Below, piece by piece: positions 40,424 to 53,258 of a stretch of DNA of 64,000 nucleotides (position 1 is the first letter of the stretch; every line of letters starts with the position of its first letter). The stretch is from Paraspadella gotoi (taxonomy: Eukaryota; Animalia; Chaetognatha). The DNA lies in contig CM119264.1 of assembly GCA_051294375.1 (NCBI GenBank), positions 21,403,045 to 21,467,044 of the forward strand. Direction: 5' to 3'. The notes under the pieces are model-generated. The model had not been told where the DNA came from. It did not search any database and saw nothing but the letters and a program-made list of their open reading frames with translations. Position numbers and translations under genes: made by a program.

Positions 40424-40679
40424 CCAAACACATGAAGACAACGAGGATGGACTCTCAAAGGAAGATTTAGGTCAAAGACGGGTGAGAGAAGAAAGAACGA
40501 GGACTGGGAAGGAGACAGAGAGACGACGAAGACCGACGAACGATCGCAACTGAAAAAAACTGTGACGATGATGATGACACGGAGTTGACGACGAGCAGTT
40601 CGAAGGAGACCCAAACCGGAAATGGAGGCTCGTGATTCATGGGCACGCGGAGACGAGAGAGGCGAGAAAGAGAGAGAGA

Positions 40680-40809
<130 letters not shown>

Positions 40810-41575
40810 GATATCGAAAGAGAGAGCCAGTCGGCGAAAAGGGAAATCAGGGGAAAAATGAAAACAAATGGACATCGGATTAAATCCGCTTTGACAAACA
40901 AATCTGGACTCTCGCTGGAACTGAGAAAAGGGTGAGTAATGGGTGTGAGATTGGGTTTGAGATTGAGTGTGAGATAGGGTGCGTTATTGGGTGTGGGATT
41001 GGTAGCGAGAATGGGGATCGGAGAAGTCGTTCTAATTTCTAAAGGGAACCAAGGGAAAAAGATTCTGGAGTCACTAGACGAGAGAGTCTAGAGAGAGATG
41101 ACAGTTACAAGGGAAAGTGGTCAAAATATGTTGTTCATATATGTTAAAAATGTCTTTACTATAGAAGTTTTTCAATGTTTGATTCAGAAGCCAAAATTGG
41201 CTATAAAGATTTTGTGTTACTGTCCTTTAAACCATGATTACACGAACGGTCGCCTTTTTTTCCTGCTTCGAAATGAAGATTTACGCGTCTTTATTTGGTG
41301 TCGATGAGGATTCATTGAGACTAATGCTTATCGCCAGTGGACGATTTCACCTCCTTCTCTCTCTTATTTATTCAACCTTCTCTTTTCTCTCTTTTCACCT
41401 CCTTCCTTCTTTTTATTTCACCTCGAACCTTTTGTTGTGTAAATTTTTTTGAATAAAGAAAAATATTGTTAATCTTCTTTGAGTGGAAAACGAGGTAACA
41501 TTATTCAGTAAAAACAATAACGAGAAAATAAATGAAGGAAAGTCTTTAAAAAAAAGGGAAAAAATACACATGAAG

Positions 41576-41617
<42 letters not shown>

Positions 41618-41819
41618 TCTCTCTCTCTTCTCCTCTTGTCTCGCTCACTCTCTCTCTCTTTCCTTGTTTACGTCTTCTGCGCTCTTATTTTGCTGGAGAA
41701 GAATGAAAGGGAGACTAAAAGGAAGGAGAAACAAAACAAAAAGTATTCATGCGAGACGAAACTGGGCTTTTGTCACTTCCCGCGTAAAACATGAGGCTTT
41801 ACGACGAAAAAGGAAGGAA

Positions 41820-41875
<56 letters not shown>

Positions 41876-43572
41876 CAGACAGACAGACAGACACAAATAT
41901 TTTTTTTTTAAATACAAAAAAAAAAAACCAAAACAAAGCAAGTAAATACTACGTAAAAAATGGGGAAGAAGGAAAGACTTTAAAAGAAAGGCGCCCCCCT
42001 GTGAATTGATTGTCTCCTTTTATCTTCTGACCCGGCGGGGGAAAATTTTGACAAGTTTAAAGAGAAAGTCCTGGAAAAACCCCAGGCCGCTCAGCGGACT
42101 GAATAGGCCTGTGTGTTGCGAGAAGTGTCTTGTGGTGGGGTGTTTGGGCAATGGGCTTAAGTGGTTTAGAGGAGTTGAAAGTAGTTGGGAGCTTGTTTTG
42201 CGCTGGAAGTGTCATCTGTGCAGAAAAATAGAATAGTATATAGTATATAGTTTAAAACTATAGTTCCGTGTAGTAGTTTTAGTCTGGGATGTTCTAATTT
42301 TCTTTTGACCGCTAGGTTCAATCCCAACCCAGTACCTTGTCAGAACTCAGGGACTAAAGGAACGATTATTAACAGCGAGGGAACTTAGTCAAATCGTCGT
42401 AATCATCTATTCTCGTAGGATTGCCCGGGCACGCCTCCCGTGCCGCGGCGCCTTCCTCTTTATTTCATTCTTTTATTTCAATCTGGCAAGGAGCGGCTTC
42501 TTTTTTCCAAAACGCGCCGTTCTCAACCCTGCCAAGTTGAGTCGAAGGAATTTTTCGCGAATTTGGCGCCGAAACTAGGAGATTTAGATTTAGATTTAGA
42601 TTTTAAGGGAAGGTGGGGGCGGTGGGGCGAAGGGAGGCGAAGGAAGGCGAAAGGATGAGGGAGAACAATAACTTAATATAAAATGTTAAGTTAAAATAAC
42701 TGTAATAGAATAGCTGTTATAGAATACGATTGAAATAAACAATTTTCTCTTTTGTCTTCGAGCGTCTAAATTTTCTCTAAGACGAAAGGAATCATCTTTA
42801 AATATAATATCTTTCGCTAATAATATGAAATTTGTACAACCCAATATAAAAATTATCCTTTCTTATATATGATATGTATGATAGAATTAAAAGGAGTCCG
42901 TATCGCGGTATCACGTTATCAATGCATCACTTGTATTGATTTTCCTTTTTCTCGATTTCTTTTCTTTTAAACTTTTCTCAACTTTTTTTTTCTCCGTCGT
43001 CCTTCGAATCAGCGACTTGAACGAGCGAAAAGATTGACATCTGACCTCTTTATAACTTTTTCAACTTTTTGGGGCTAAAAATGGCTACTGAACTGACGCA
43101 GTCGCAACGGAGCAGTCAAGTATGGCGAGATGGCGTACTGAGCAGTCGATATGACCCTCGAACCCTGAGAAATGGCGCTTAGCGTTGACATCGACGGGTC
43201 GCGTCTGACAACAGGCAAATATTAAAGCGGGATTTTGAAGGGAGGGCGGAGTAGGGCGGTTCGAATCGTTTGAAAGCAGTCGCCATCGATTCTAGACTGG
43301 ATCGATAATTCTTAATACAATGTAAACTATAATCCGCTACAACTAAAGTAGTTTGTAACGAAATATAGATATATTTATATATACAGTTACAACGAGCGTT
43401 GGCGCAGCGAGCCGCGACTATGACGCACTGAGCCCGCGCGACCTTCTGCGACCCGAGATGCGCGAAAATAATGAGCGACTTCGAGTAACAAAATGCGCGG
43501 ACGATAAAAAGAAAATAGGTTGCAGCGCGAAAAAAGATCTCGAGAGCAATTTTTACAGCTTAGCATAATTTA

Positions 43573-43686
<114 letters not shown>

Positions 43687-46600
43687 ATCTAAAAACCCTT
43701 CGGCGGTTTCATCTCCATTCTTTAGTTTTATCTTCGAATTCAGCAGAACCTGTTCAGCAGAAACTGTTAGTTGCTTGGATATTTTCTATCTTTTTTGAAA
43801 AATAGTGTCATTGAGCCATTTCTAGAGTAAGTCACTTTTCACAATTGACATTTCCAAGTATTTCATCGACCTCTCGTTCAGTTATCGCTCGATCCAATTT
43901 TTTCTTTTTCTCAACGTTCGGTTTTTCATTATCAATGTTCATTCCATAATTTTCTTCGCGAGTAGTTTTTAAATTCTATTTATGAAATTAAACTAAGCGT
44001 TACGTTGAGAAATGATTTTAAATCAGTTTTCGTTGTCGAATTGCCCTTCGGATGGCCGAGTCGTTATAATCGTAATGGTATTTTTATTTAATTATTACTA
44101 ATTAATTGTATTTTGACTTTCTTTATTGCTATTTAAAATATTCAATAATAAAAATAAAAATTGGTATTCCAACGATTTTTTCGTTTCATCTCTATACTAA
44201 TTAATTCAACTATTTTCATCTTCACGGTAGACACGGTAGACACTTGACACATGGTCCTTTTGAATCCTTCTTCCTTACAACTTTGTCACCTTTGTCCTCC
44301 TTGGAAAAGGTTTTGCGTCCTTTCCCCATCTTCGTGATCATGGTCGTTATCGCCGTCGTCACAATTCTTGGCGTTGTCGTTTCGGTCGTCGTCACGGTCG
44401 TCGTCGTCGTCGTCGTCGTCGTAAACCTAGTCGAAAAGAGCGCGGGAAATCCTGACAGAGCCATTCTTCCTCCGCGGCCGCCGGTTCCCCATTTGACGGC
44501 GAAAAAAACTGACCCTCGTCTCGGGTGAGTAATATCCTTGGATTACCACCCATTTTGGCGCAATCAAAGAGCGAGCGTTTGTGAGATCGTCGTCAGGGTC
44601 GTTTTCGACATAGTCGTCGTCATCGTCGCGCTATTTGTCACCATCACCTTTCAAATACTAATCTCACTTTTTCGGAGGAGAAAATGGAGAGAAAAAACTA
44701 TGAAAATTTGGGAGAAAAATGTAATGGTGCAAAAAAAAATATTTGGGAAGAAAAAAAGATGTGGGTCTCGCACAGTGAAACTCTGCGAAGGGTTTTTTTT
44801 ACCACAGTATTTTGCTGTGATTTAAAAGTTTTTCTTTCATATCATTTAGTTAAAGTTTAATAATAATGCGTTTTTCCAAATTACATACTCATCGACTGTT
44901 TTTTAGGGCACATAGCTTTACTGACCTCTGGTAGAAAGAATGAAATTTTTAACTGTGAAGGATTAAACTGATTAATAAAAAAAAGAAAATGGTTTCACTG
45001 TGGACCTCGGGCGCGATAATCGGGGAAGGGGCGGAGAAAGCGGAAAGGAAGCGAAAATGGGCGTGGCAGCAATAAATGACTTTTGGTCGCTTAACTCGGC
45101 ATTTCGTCGTCATCGCTTCCTGCGCGTGATTGTTTTTTGATGCATGGATGATGAACCTTAAATTGGGTGCCCCCTCCGCCCGAGGGAAATCCAAAACTTC
45201 TATCCACACTCCTCTTAACCTGGGAATCTCCCCTTGGGCATCAAACTCCCACTTTTACCCCAACGAGAAAACGATTTTAATGTGATTTTTTTTCTTCTTT
45301 GGAATTTTTTTTTTATCGAGGAGAGAGAAATGGGTTTGGAGTCCAGGATTTCCAGTTTTTCCATGACTCGTGGTTATTCGTTTAAGGAAACTCGGTTCAT
45401 TTGTTCGAAAAATAAATCGTGACTCATCCTCCCCTGGCGGAAAAAAAATTTGATTTTTTTTCTTTCTTTCTTTTTTTTCGTTTTTCTTATTTGTAATTGT
45501 GAATTTTTTTTTTAAATGTTTGTTATAATGTTGGTTAAGAGGTGTTGATGGAATTTTTTGACTCGGTTAAATGTGCTTTTATCAGCGTACGCTTAGGATA
45601 AAAAAAAAAGAGTGAATTGATGAAACGATGAAATGAAATGAATTTTCAATCTGAATATTTTTCGGATAGCGATTAACTTTCTGTAAAAGAGGTAATTAAC
45701 AATCTTTAACTTTCCATTCGCTCTCTCTCTCCAATCTCTCTCTTACTTTCTCTCTCTATTTCTTTTCCAACTACGTCATATTTCAAACTGCCCGAATTAC
45801 TTATCTAAATTGAGTTTTACAATATATCTATGTCTGAGAATGTAAAGGGCACGAACACGTCGAGTATTCTTGTGATACTTTCTTTCCTTTTTATACTCAG
45901 TATCCTATTTTCTCTCTCCCTATTTTCTAAAAAAGAAAAAGCCAATTCCCCCACCCCACATTTTTTTTCTTCATCAATTTAAGAATTCTCACGATTATGA
46001 ACTTGGCGCTGGATTTTTAATGAATCATCGGTCTTGAAACATAAAAACGCTCTTAAGTTTAAACGTCGTTGAAAGTCTTCCTTCCTTCTCTCTTCAGCTT
46101 CTCAACTTCTCCCTTCGTCGCTCGCGCCGTCCTCCCGATTTCAAGGCCTCAATTTTTCATCCAATTTCAACAACAAAACTTGGGGGGGAAATAAGAGGAA
46201 TAAAAGCTAAACACGGTGGTTTCTTGAGCCACAAGCTTTCGTCTAAACATAGAAAAGTTTGCCTTTTATAAACTATCTAGCATTTTCTTTGCCTTTCCGG
46301 ATGACCAAGAATCTCCATTTTTCGCTCGATGCCCTTTTTTTTTTAAGTCTGGCCACCAGTGGCGAAACTGCGAAGCAGCCGAGCAACACGTCCCACATAA
46401 ATGTCAAACGCTCAGAGAGCGAAAGGCTAAGCGTTCGGATTATGACGGAGCGGAAAATTTTGAAAAGAAAAAAAAACTTGTCAAAACATGGAAAGACCTT
46501 TCAATTCGATGCTATCGATGCTAAAAGTTTTCATTTCAAGAAATGCTCATATCTTTACTCTTACCTGAAAACTAAAATAGATAAACAAAAAAAAAATTGT

Positions 46601-46716
46601 AAGAAAATAATCAGTACAGTCCTGTGCAAAAAAAAAACCAAAAAAAAAAAACGCGCAACTTTATAACTTTAAATTCCACACGCTCTATAAAGATATTTTT
46701 AAAAAATTATATTGAA

Positions 46717-46822
46717 GTAATCCTTTCTTTTTCGTTGTTACTATTAATTAGAGAATTGACAAAGTTTTTGTTTGCAACGAATTTTATTTATAGTTGAACA
46801 GACATGTCTTCATCAGCGTTTT
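46717..46822 (-). mobile_element. Older Penelope-like pLTR remnant with hammerhead stem II deleted
   Basis: Minus strand reads AAAACG-CTGATGAAG-ACATGTC-TGTT...AATAAAATTCGTTG...CTCTAAT...AACAACGAAAAAGAAAGGATT. Confidence 0.65.
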
Positions 46823-46834
46823 GACAGAATGGTT

Positions 46835-47046
46835 GTGATATAAATCCTTTCTTTTCGTTGTTTGGGACGAATTAGAGACAGTTTGAGTTTAGTTTTGACA
46901 ACGATTTTATTTAATTCAAAAAACAGACATGTTTCGGCTTCATTTCAAGCCTTCATCAACGCTGATGAAGGCTTGAAATGAAGCCGAAACATGTCTGTTT
47001 TTGAATTAAATAAAATCGTTGTCAAAACTAAACTCAAACTGTCTCT
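46835..47046 (-). mobile_element. Penelope-like retro-insertion: pLTR 3' part plus inverted copy, flanked by 12-bp TSD
   Basis: Near-perfect palindrome 46874-47046 (arms about 85 bp, loop ACGC); tail AACAACGAAAAGAAAGGATT; direct repeat GACAGAATGGTT at 46823-46834 and 47047-47058. Confidence 0.8.
46958..46999 (+). ncRNA. Minimal type I hammerhead ribozyme (Penelope-type)
   Basis: AACG | CTGATGA (46962-46968) | A | GGCTT-GAAATG-AAGCC stem II | GAAA-CATG-TC (palindromic loop III, cleavage predicted after 46995) | TGTT closing stem I. The mirror copy on the minus strand has TTGATGA. Confidence 0.75.
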
Positions 47047-47073
47047 GACAGAATGGTTTAAAATTTGTGCATA

Positions 47074-47160
<87 letters not shown>

Positions 47161-47712
47161 GGGTAAAATTTTTGGACGGGGGACACTTGAACGTTAGTTT
47201 CCATGTGTGAGAAGATAGAATTTTTCTTCAGACAGAGAGGGAGTAAGAAAGAGTGAGAGATAAGTTGATTGTATGTCTGTACAATCTTTGATGCGGTCAG
47301 GGGCTTTATTTATTTCTTTCACTCGCTTATTAATTCTTTGATATTGTTCATAAATCTTAATGTATTGCTTTAAACACGTAAAAATTTTTATTGCTTAACT
47401 GAAAAACAACTTTTTATTAAGTAAAAATTGTAAAATCTGCAGTAGATCCTGAATATTTTTTTGTGAAATCGAAAAAAAACTACATTAGGTAAAGGAATCA
47501 CCGTCGGACAACCTATTCTGAAAAATTATATGTGCATATGATCCGCCCTAATGTACATACAAGTATGTAAAAAATATAAAACAATAATTAAAAATTCATT
47601 AAATAAATAAACGAGGAAATGGTAAATTAAAAAAGAAAAATTCTATATACAGATCATCTTAAGTTTATGATGAAACCTTTTCCATTTTTTACATTCCATA
47701 CATTTTCAATGT

Positions 47713-47813
<101 letters not shown>

Positions 47814-47836
47814 AGCGATCTTAAATGTCTTCTCGT

Positions 47837-49479
47837 TCATCCCTTTATCATCCACAAGGCGGCTCCCACGACACAGTAGCCGATCATCAAACAAATGAAC
47901 GCGAATCCGTAGTCGACAAAAGAGGCGCTGCCGTCGGCGAGGGCGTGCGACGAGACCATCCATCCAACGAGTATGGGGCCGACGGCGCAGGCGAAAACCG
48001 ACGCCGACTCCGAGGCGCCGTTAATGAAGCCTCGAAACGAGTCTCGGCTTCGGGCGTTAAGGATGACGGCGATACATTGCCACGTCGCCGTCGTCCCGAT
48101 TCGTTGGAAGCAAATGACCACGCCCAACGTTGCCGCTTTGGCCTCCGTCGAGACGCCGACCAATCGAGCGAGCGGATGGAGGAGCGTGAAAAGCGCCGAG
48201 ACGAATGCGCTGGAAATGGCGACGCCTCGGTCGCCAAAACGCCGCGACAGCGCCGGAACGATAAAGAGCGCCGCTATTGGGCCCGACAAAGAACCGAGGC
48301 CGATCGTGTGACCTAGAGCGGCAACGGGCAGGCCGAGCCCGCCGTGGGTCGAGTTGAGGCCGCCCCACAGGGTGGCGCCTTCGCGGACGCCCTTACCCAA
48401 GGAGGTCGTCAAGGCGTATACGACGACGAGAAGAGTGACGATGAAGATGGAACGACGACTGGAGGAAGAAGATTCGAGGTGAGGATCTTTTAAAGGTGAG
48501 GTGATAGTCTGCTCGGGAATAGGAGCTGGATTAGGAGAGCAAGTATTGGCAAAGCTTTGATACTGAAGGGAAGAGTCTTCGACATCGTCGTCGGTAGAAG
48601 CGACTTTGCGTTTTCCGACGTCGTCTTCGTCGTCGTCTTTGGCTTTAACTTCGTTTTCATCGACGAAGAAAAAGACAAGGAATCCGATTGAGACCAAAAT
48701 GACGATGCCGGAGAGGAGGCCGATGACGAAGAAGGGGCGTTGGTGGAGGAACGGAACGACGACGCCTGAAGGGTTAAATATGTATGTTTTAGTTTATATT
48801 TTAAATTAAGAAAACTAAGTAAAGGTAAAGGTTGTGACTCGACGACGTTAGTAAATCTCACCTGTCAAGACACCCGCCGTGATTGGAGACACAACGAATG
48901 CCAATTGCCATCCGAACATGAGAACGCCCATGCTGAAGGCCTTGGTCTCCTCGTCGGTAGAGACCTCGGCGACCGCGGCTCGCGCCACGCCGCGGGAGTC
49001 GAACACGCCCGCCAAAAGGCGACAAGCGAACGCGACGCCGAAGGAAGGGGCGGCGCCGAATGCGACGAAGAAACCGGCGCTGATGATCTGTGTCGTCAAA
49101 AGGACCGGACGGCGCCCTACGAAGTCGGAGGCTCGCCCCCAAAAGACGTTTAGCGAGGCGCCCATGAAGTAGGAGGCTGAAAGCTCAGGTAGGTAGCAAA
49201 ATAGTTTTATATTAAACATAATGGGTGAGTTTTGTCAAGAAAAAGCCGAGCACAGGATAAATATTATGACGATAAACGAACCTCCTCTCGACAGGTCTTC
49301 ACAATCCCCAACTCACCGATGAGCAGGCCTCCAATCGTTCCGATGCGTTCTTCTGGATAACCAAAGTCTTTGACCATTTCCGGCGCCGTGGCAAAAACTA
49401 CGGAGTGGCCGTTACACGTGGCAAATAGGGAGAATCCGATCGAAAACAGTTTGAGTTGTTGGCGTCGTGTCAGAGACAT
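47837..49479 (-). CDS. Major facilitator superfamily transporter, ZIFL1/tetracycline-efflux-like; exons 49479-49317, 49176-48862, 48765-47837
   Basis: GT-AG introns in matching phase 1 join into one ORF: MSLTRRQQLKLFSIG...IGGLLIASYFMG...FWGRASDFVGRRPVLL (MFS motif A)...CRLLAGVF...VSPITAGVLTG...STHGGLGL...RRFG...RGFINGASES...AVGPILVG...WMIKG-TGA. Many hydrophobic segments and an acidic central loop are present. Confidence 0.9.
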
Positions 49480-50014
49480 TTCGATGTTGTCGGAAGGTAG
49501 ACTGTTTCGAGTTTCGACGTCGAGTTTCGAGTTTCGAGTTTCGACGTCGTGAGATGCTGTCTCGCCTTCTCTTGAAATTTTTTTAAAATTTTAAATTTTA
49601 AGACCAGATTCAGATAGCTCATAAAAAGTTGTCTACACAAAGTATAATTCTTTTTTAAATATTTTTATGATAAGTAGGTCAAAAATAAGAAAAACCATAA
49701 AAATTGTTATCATCATGACGATTATGATAATAATTTTTTACAGTTTTTCTTTCTTTCAATGATTTTATTGGTTTTTTTAGATTTTTACTGAGAAAACGTA
49801 AGAATTCTTAAAAGTTGTAATTATATTTCTTGTTTAACTTTTTATGCTCTATCAGAATCCATCAAAAAATTTTAAGATTTCAAAAAAAATGTTTTTCTTT
49901 ATATAGTAATATAATGACTTGATGCTAGTGCGGAGTACAATAAGTATTCCCCGATCTAATCTAATACAATTGAAACATTCTTTGAAATATTATACCACTT
50001 CATTGATAGGGAAG

Positions 50015-50206
50015 CCAGGTACTCTGGGAGTGAATAAACGAGACTGTGAGAGAGTCTTGATTGAAAGCTTGCAGGGACCTGCTATGTCATTATCTTGTAA
50101 GAGTGATGGAGGCCTTAAACCACCAAAGCCTGTCCAAAGTCATTGGCAAGATAGTCTATTTATTAAATGAATGGATAATTTTTATATTCGTTGTACCGAT
50201 TTCATA
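50015..50206. repeat. Interspersed repeat family D copy
   Basis: Near-identical to 32907-33098. Confidence 0.85.
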
Positions 50207-50479
50207 ATAATTTTAATTAGGCGAGTACCTCAGATAAAAGCATTTTTGACAAAAGATATTTTAATACTATAATCTATGCTCATGATAGATTATTTTAATG
50301 CTGTATACATTAGCATTTAAATTTCATCGGCTATGGCTACTATAAATAATAAAACCTGAGCAAGGAAGATCGCAAATTAAGCCGATTCAAAGGATTATTC
50401 GAGTTCAAGGTTTAAAAAAAATCTTGTAGAACAATTCTTCGACCTTCGACCTGCTTTTCAGCAGTTTACGCAGAAAACG

Positions 50480-50548
<69 letters not shown>

Positions 50549-51111
50549 TATATATAAAGTAATAATTAATAAAAATACATTTGAATTCAGATTTCAATTT
50601 TGAAGATTTAACAGTTTTCTCTTAACAATGATCGTCATATTTTCCCGCCCACTAATCTCGTCAAAAAGGATTCCCGATATTTTTTTTCTTCCAATTCCCG
50701 AACATTTTGCATTAGCGCTAATGTCTGCCTCGTTTCCACTCAAATCTATTTCCCCGCCCTCGATCCGCGGATAAATTGTTTTTTTTTGATCGGGGTGAGA
50801 AGTCGGACGCAGGCTAAGGGGCTGAGTTGAGTGGGTTGTTGTTTTTATGTCTGGCGATGGGGTGCAGCGGAAAAAATGGAGGCGCTTTTAAACAAAGGAG
50901 TGTTAATGTGGTCGCTTTGTATTTTCATCTCTCTTTCTCTCTCTCTCTTTCTCTCTCTCTATGTTCAAACATAGCCTTAAGTACTCAATCCGTTTAGCTT
51001 CTACATAACTTTTAGTCAGTTTAAAACGTTTCTTTAATATCTTAAAAACTCACATCAGAGTTATCTTCGCTTTTAAGGGTCTAACTTAGTGCCGAAAGAC
51101 ACACTCAGATG

Positions 51112-51144
<33 letters not shown>

Positions 51145-51160
51145 ATTATTCGCCCCACTG

Positions 51161-52067
51161 CACAATGATCCCCAAAAAATTTAAAACCGGATAAAAGCCA
51201 CTTGAACATACGGGTATAAATACATATTCACTTATTCAGTCTTTCCACAGTAATGGTAAGATAAGATAAAGGTCAGTTTCCAAAAATTATTTTTTCTCAA
51301 GTTATAAGCAAATTTTTATTTCGGGTAAGTCTTTGAGAGGTTTGTTTCTCCCTCATAGGTAGAAGAGAAAAATTATTTGACTTTGTTATATTAACAGCAC
51401 TTTGTCTAGTTTGTTAACAAATAAAAAAAAGATTTTAAAATTATGTTATTACATATGATATAAAAAACATAGTAAAAACTCTTCCAATTTTAACAAATTT
51501 TAATTAACAAGATTGAGTTTTTATTAATACATCTTATCACGCATCAGTTATCAATTAAATCTCATCCACATTTGTCCGCCCTTTTGCGAAATCTAAAAAT
51601 GCTTTTCATCCAAAAAAATAAAAAAAAATTTGATATTCTTTAGAAATTACTATATGATTCTTTTCGTTGATTTATTTTCCGATCTTAATTTGCTTAGCAC
51701 ACTTTTAGAAAGATTAAATTAAACATTTTATATTTAGCAAACATATACCTATTACTTATGATAGAGCTAAATAATTCCTTCCTTATACTTATATTATAAA
51801 TAAAAAAAAAATATTAAGTTGGGTTAATTTATTTTTAAAATAAAAATTATAAATCAAAAGTCGTTCAACTACCATAAATAATTTTTTTAAGAACCAAATT
51901 TTTCGGTTAAGGAATTTTTTCTCCACATTTTTTCAAATCAATCTTAAACATTTTAAACTTTTCCAACAACCTCAGAGGGCTTCTATGATAATCAGCATAC
52001 AAGAAAAAGTGGTTTTTGCCAAAAAAAAGAGGTTTTTCTGGAAATTTAGTCCATTTGGATCACTGTG
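51161..52067. mobile_element. Non-autonomous Transib/RAG-like DNA transposon
   Basis: TIRs CACAATGATCC (51161-51171) and GGATCACTGTG (52057-52067). An identical 5-bp TSD CACTG lies on both sides (51156-51160, 52068-52072). The interior is AT-rich with no ORF. Confidence 0.8.
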
Positions 52068-53206
52068 CACTGGTTTAATTTTCCGAAACAAAGCCGGTCC
52101 ATCCACTTTTTAACTTGGAATGTCACTCCCAAAAAGAGTCAAAACGAACGTAACAGAACGAACATTTTCTTTAAAATTTGTAATCATAAAATACAAGAAA
52201 ATAAAGATAATTAGAGAACGTTATCACCGACGTAATACCAGGGCGAAAAGAAATTGTGTGACGTTGAAACAACAAAAATCACCATATGTTCACTCAAGAG
52301 ACGAATTTTCCTCAGCTGACGTCTCCCAACTCTCCCATCTTTAATAACCGACAACGACAACGACTAGGAGGCTTCTGTCAACTGAGACTCGAAAGCCTCT
52401 TGGGTTTTTTTTCCTCATTCCTCTCCCCAACCACCCCTTTTATCTTTCGATCTTTTCTGTTTCTATGAATATTTTTTTAAATTCCCGAATTTCTTTTTTA
52501 GTTTGTCTTCACGCATTTATTTTATTCATAACCTTTCGCTATCTTTTTTTGTCTCTCGGCTTTGCGGCGGTTATTCTTTAAACGTTCGGTATTTTTCCGT
52601 TTATTATCTTCTTTTTTTTCTGACGGCAGTTTTTGTTCGCTTATTCTGTTGCTCTTTTCTATTCGTCTTCTTTCCCCAGTGGATGGCGCGACGGGATGAA
52701 CTCTGTGAATCGCTTAAACGATATAGCGATTCACTATTTTCATAACTTTTTAGAATAATACTTATATAAACAATTTTAAAATTTTAAAATTTAAATTAAA
52801 TAATAAAAACTACAACTACAACTAAAATACAACTTTAAGATTTTTTTAAAAAAAATTAAAACTAAACCTTATTCCAAAAATAATTTGTTACTATATTTCA
52901 GATAAAGATCATAAAGACGCGTCACACCGAGAGCCGAAACCACAGGTCTTTTCCTTTCGTTTAGTCTGCAACTGAAAGCCATCATTTGTCTGCGTTTCTC
53001 TGTCTTCATTGTAAATTTCTCCTTCTTCCCCATCAGCCCCTTTAAAATTTAATTCATTTATCTATTGCTGTTGTTCTCACTCCTTGTGCCTCAATCTCTC
53101 CTGGGTCTTTCTTTCTCTTTTCTCTCTCTTTTTTTTTCTTCTCTCTCTCTCCTCCGCTTATTTCCCTCTCCTCATCTCTCTTATCCTCTCCCTCGACGTC
53201 ACATGA

Positions 53207-53258
<52 letters not shown>

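Noticed and set aside
40930-41020. Degenerate 12-bp G-rich repeat (ATTGGGTGTGAG-like), possible G-quadruplex
   Set aside because: Short and degenerate, with no linked feature to support a function.
48487-48563. Extra GT-AG intron within MFS exon 3
   Set aside because: It is 77 nt, so removal would shift the frame, while the unspliced frame is open.
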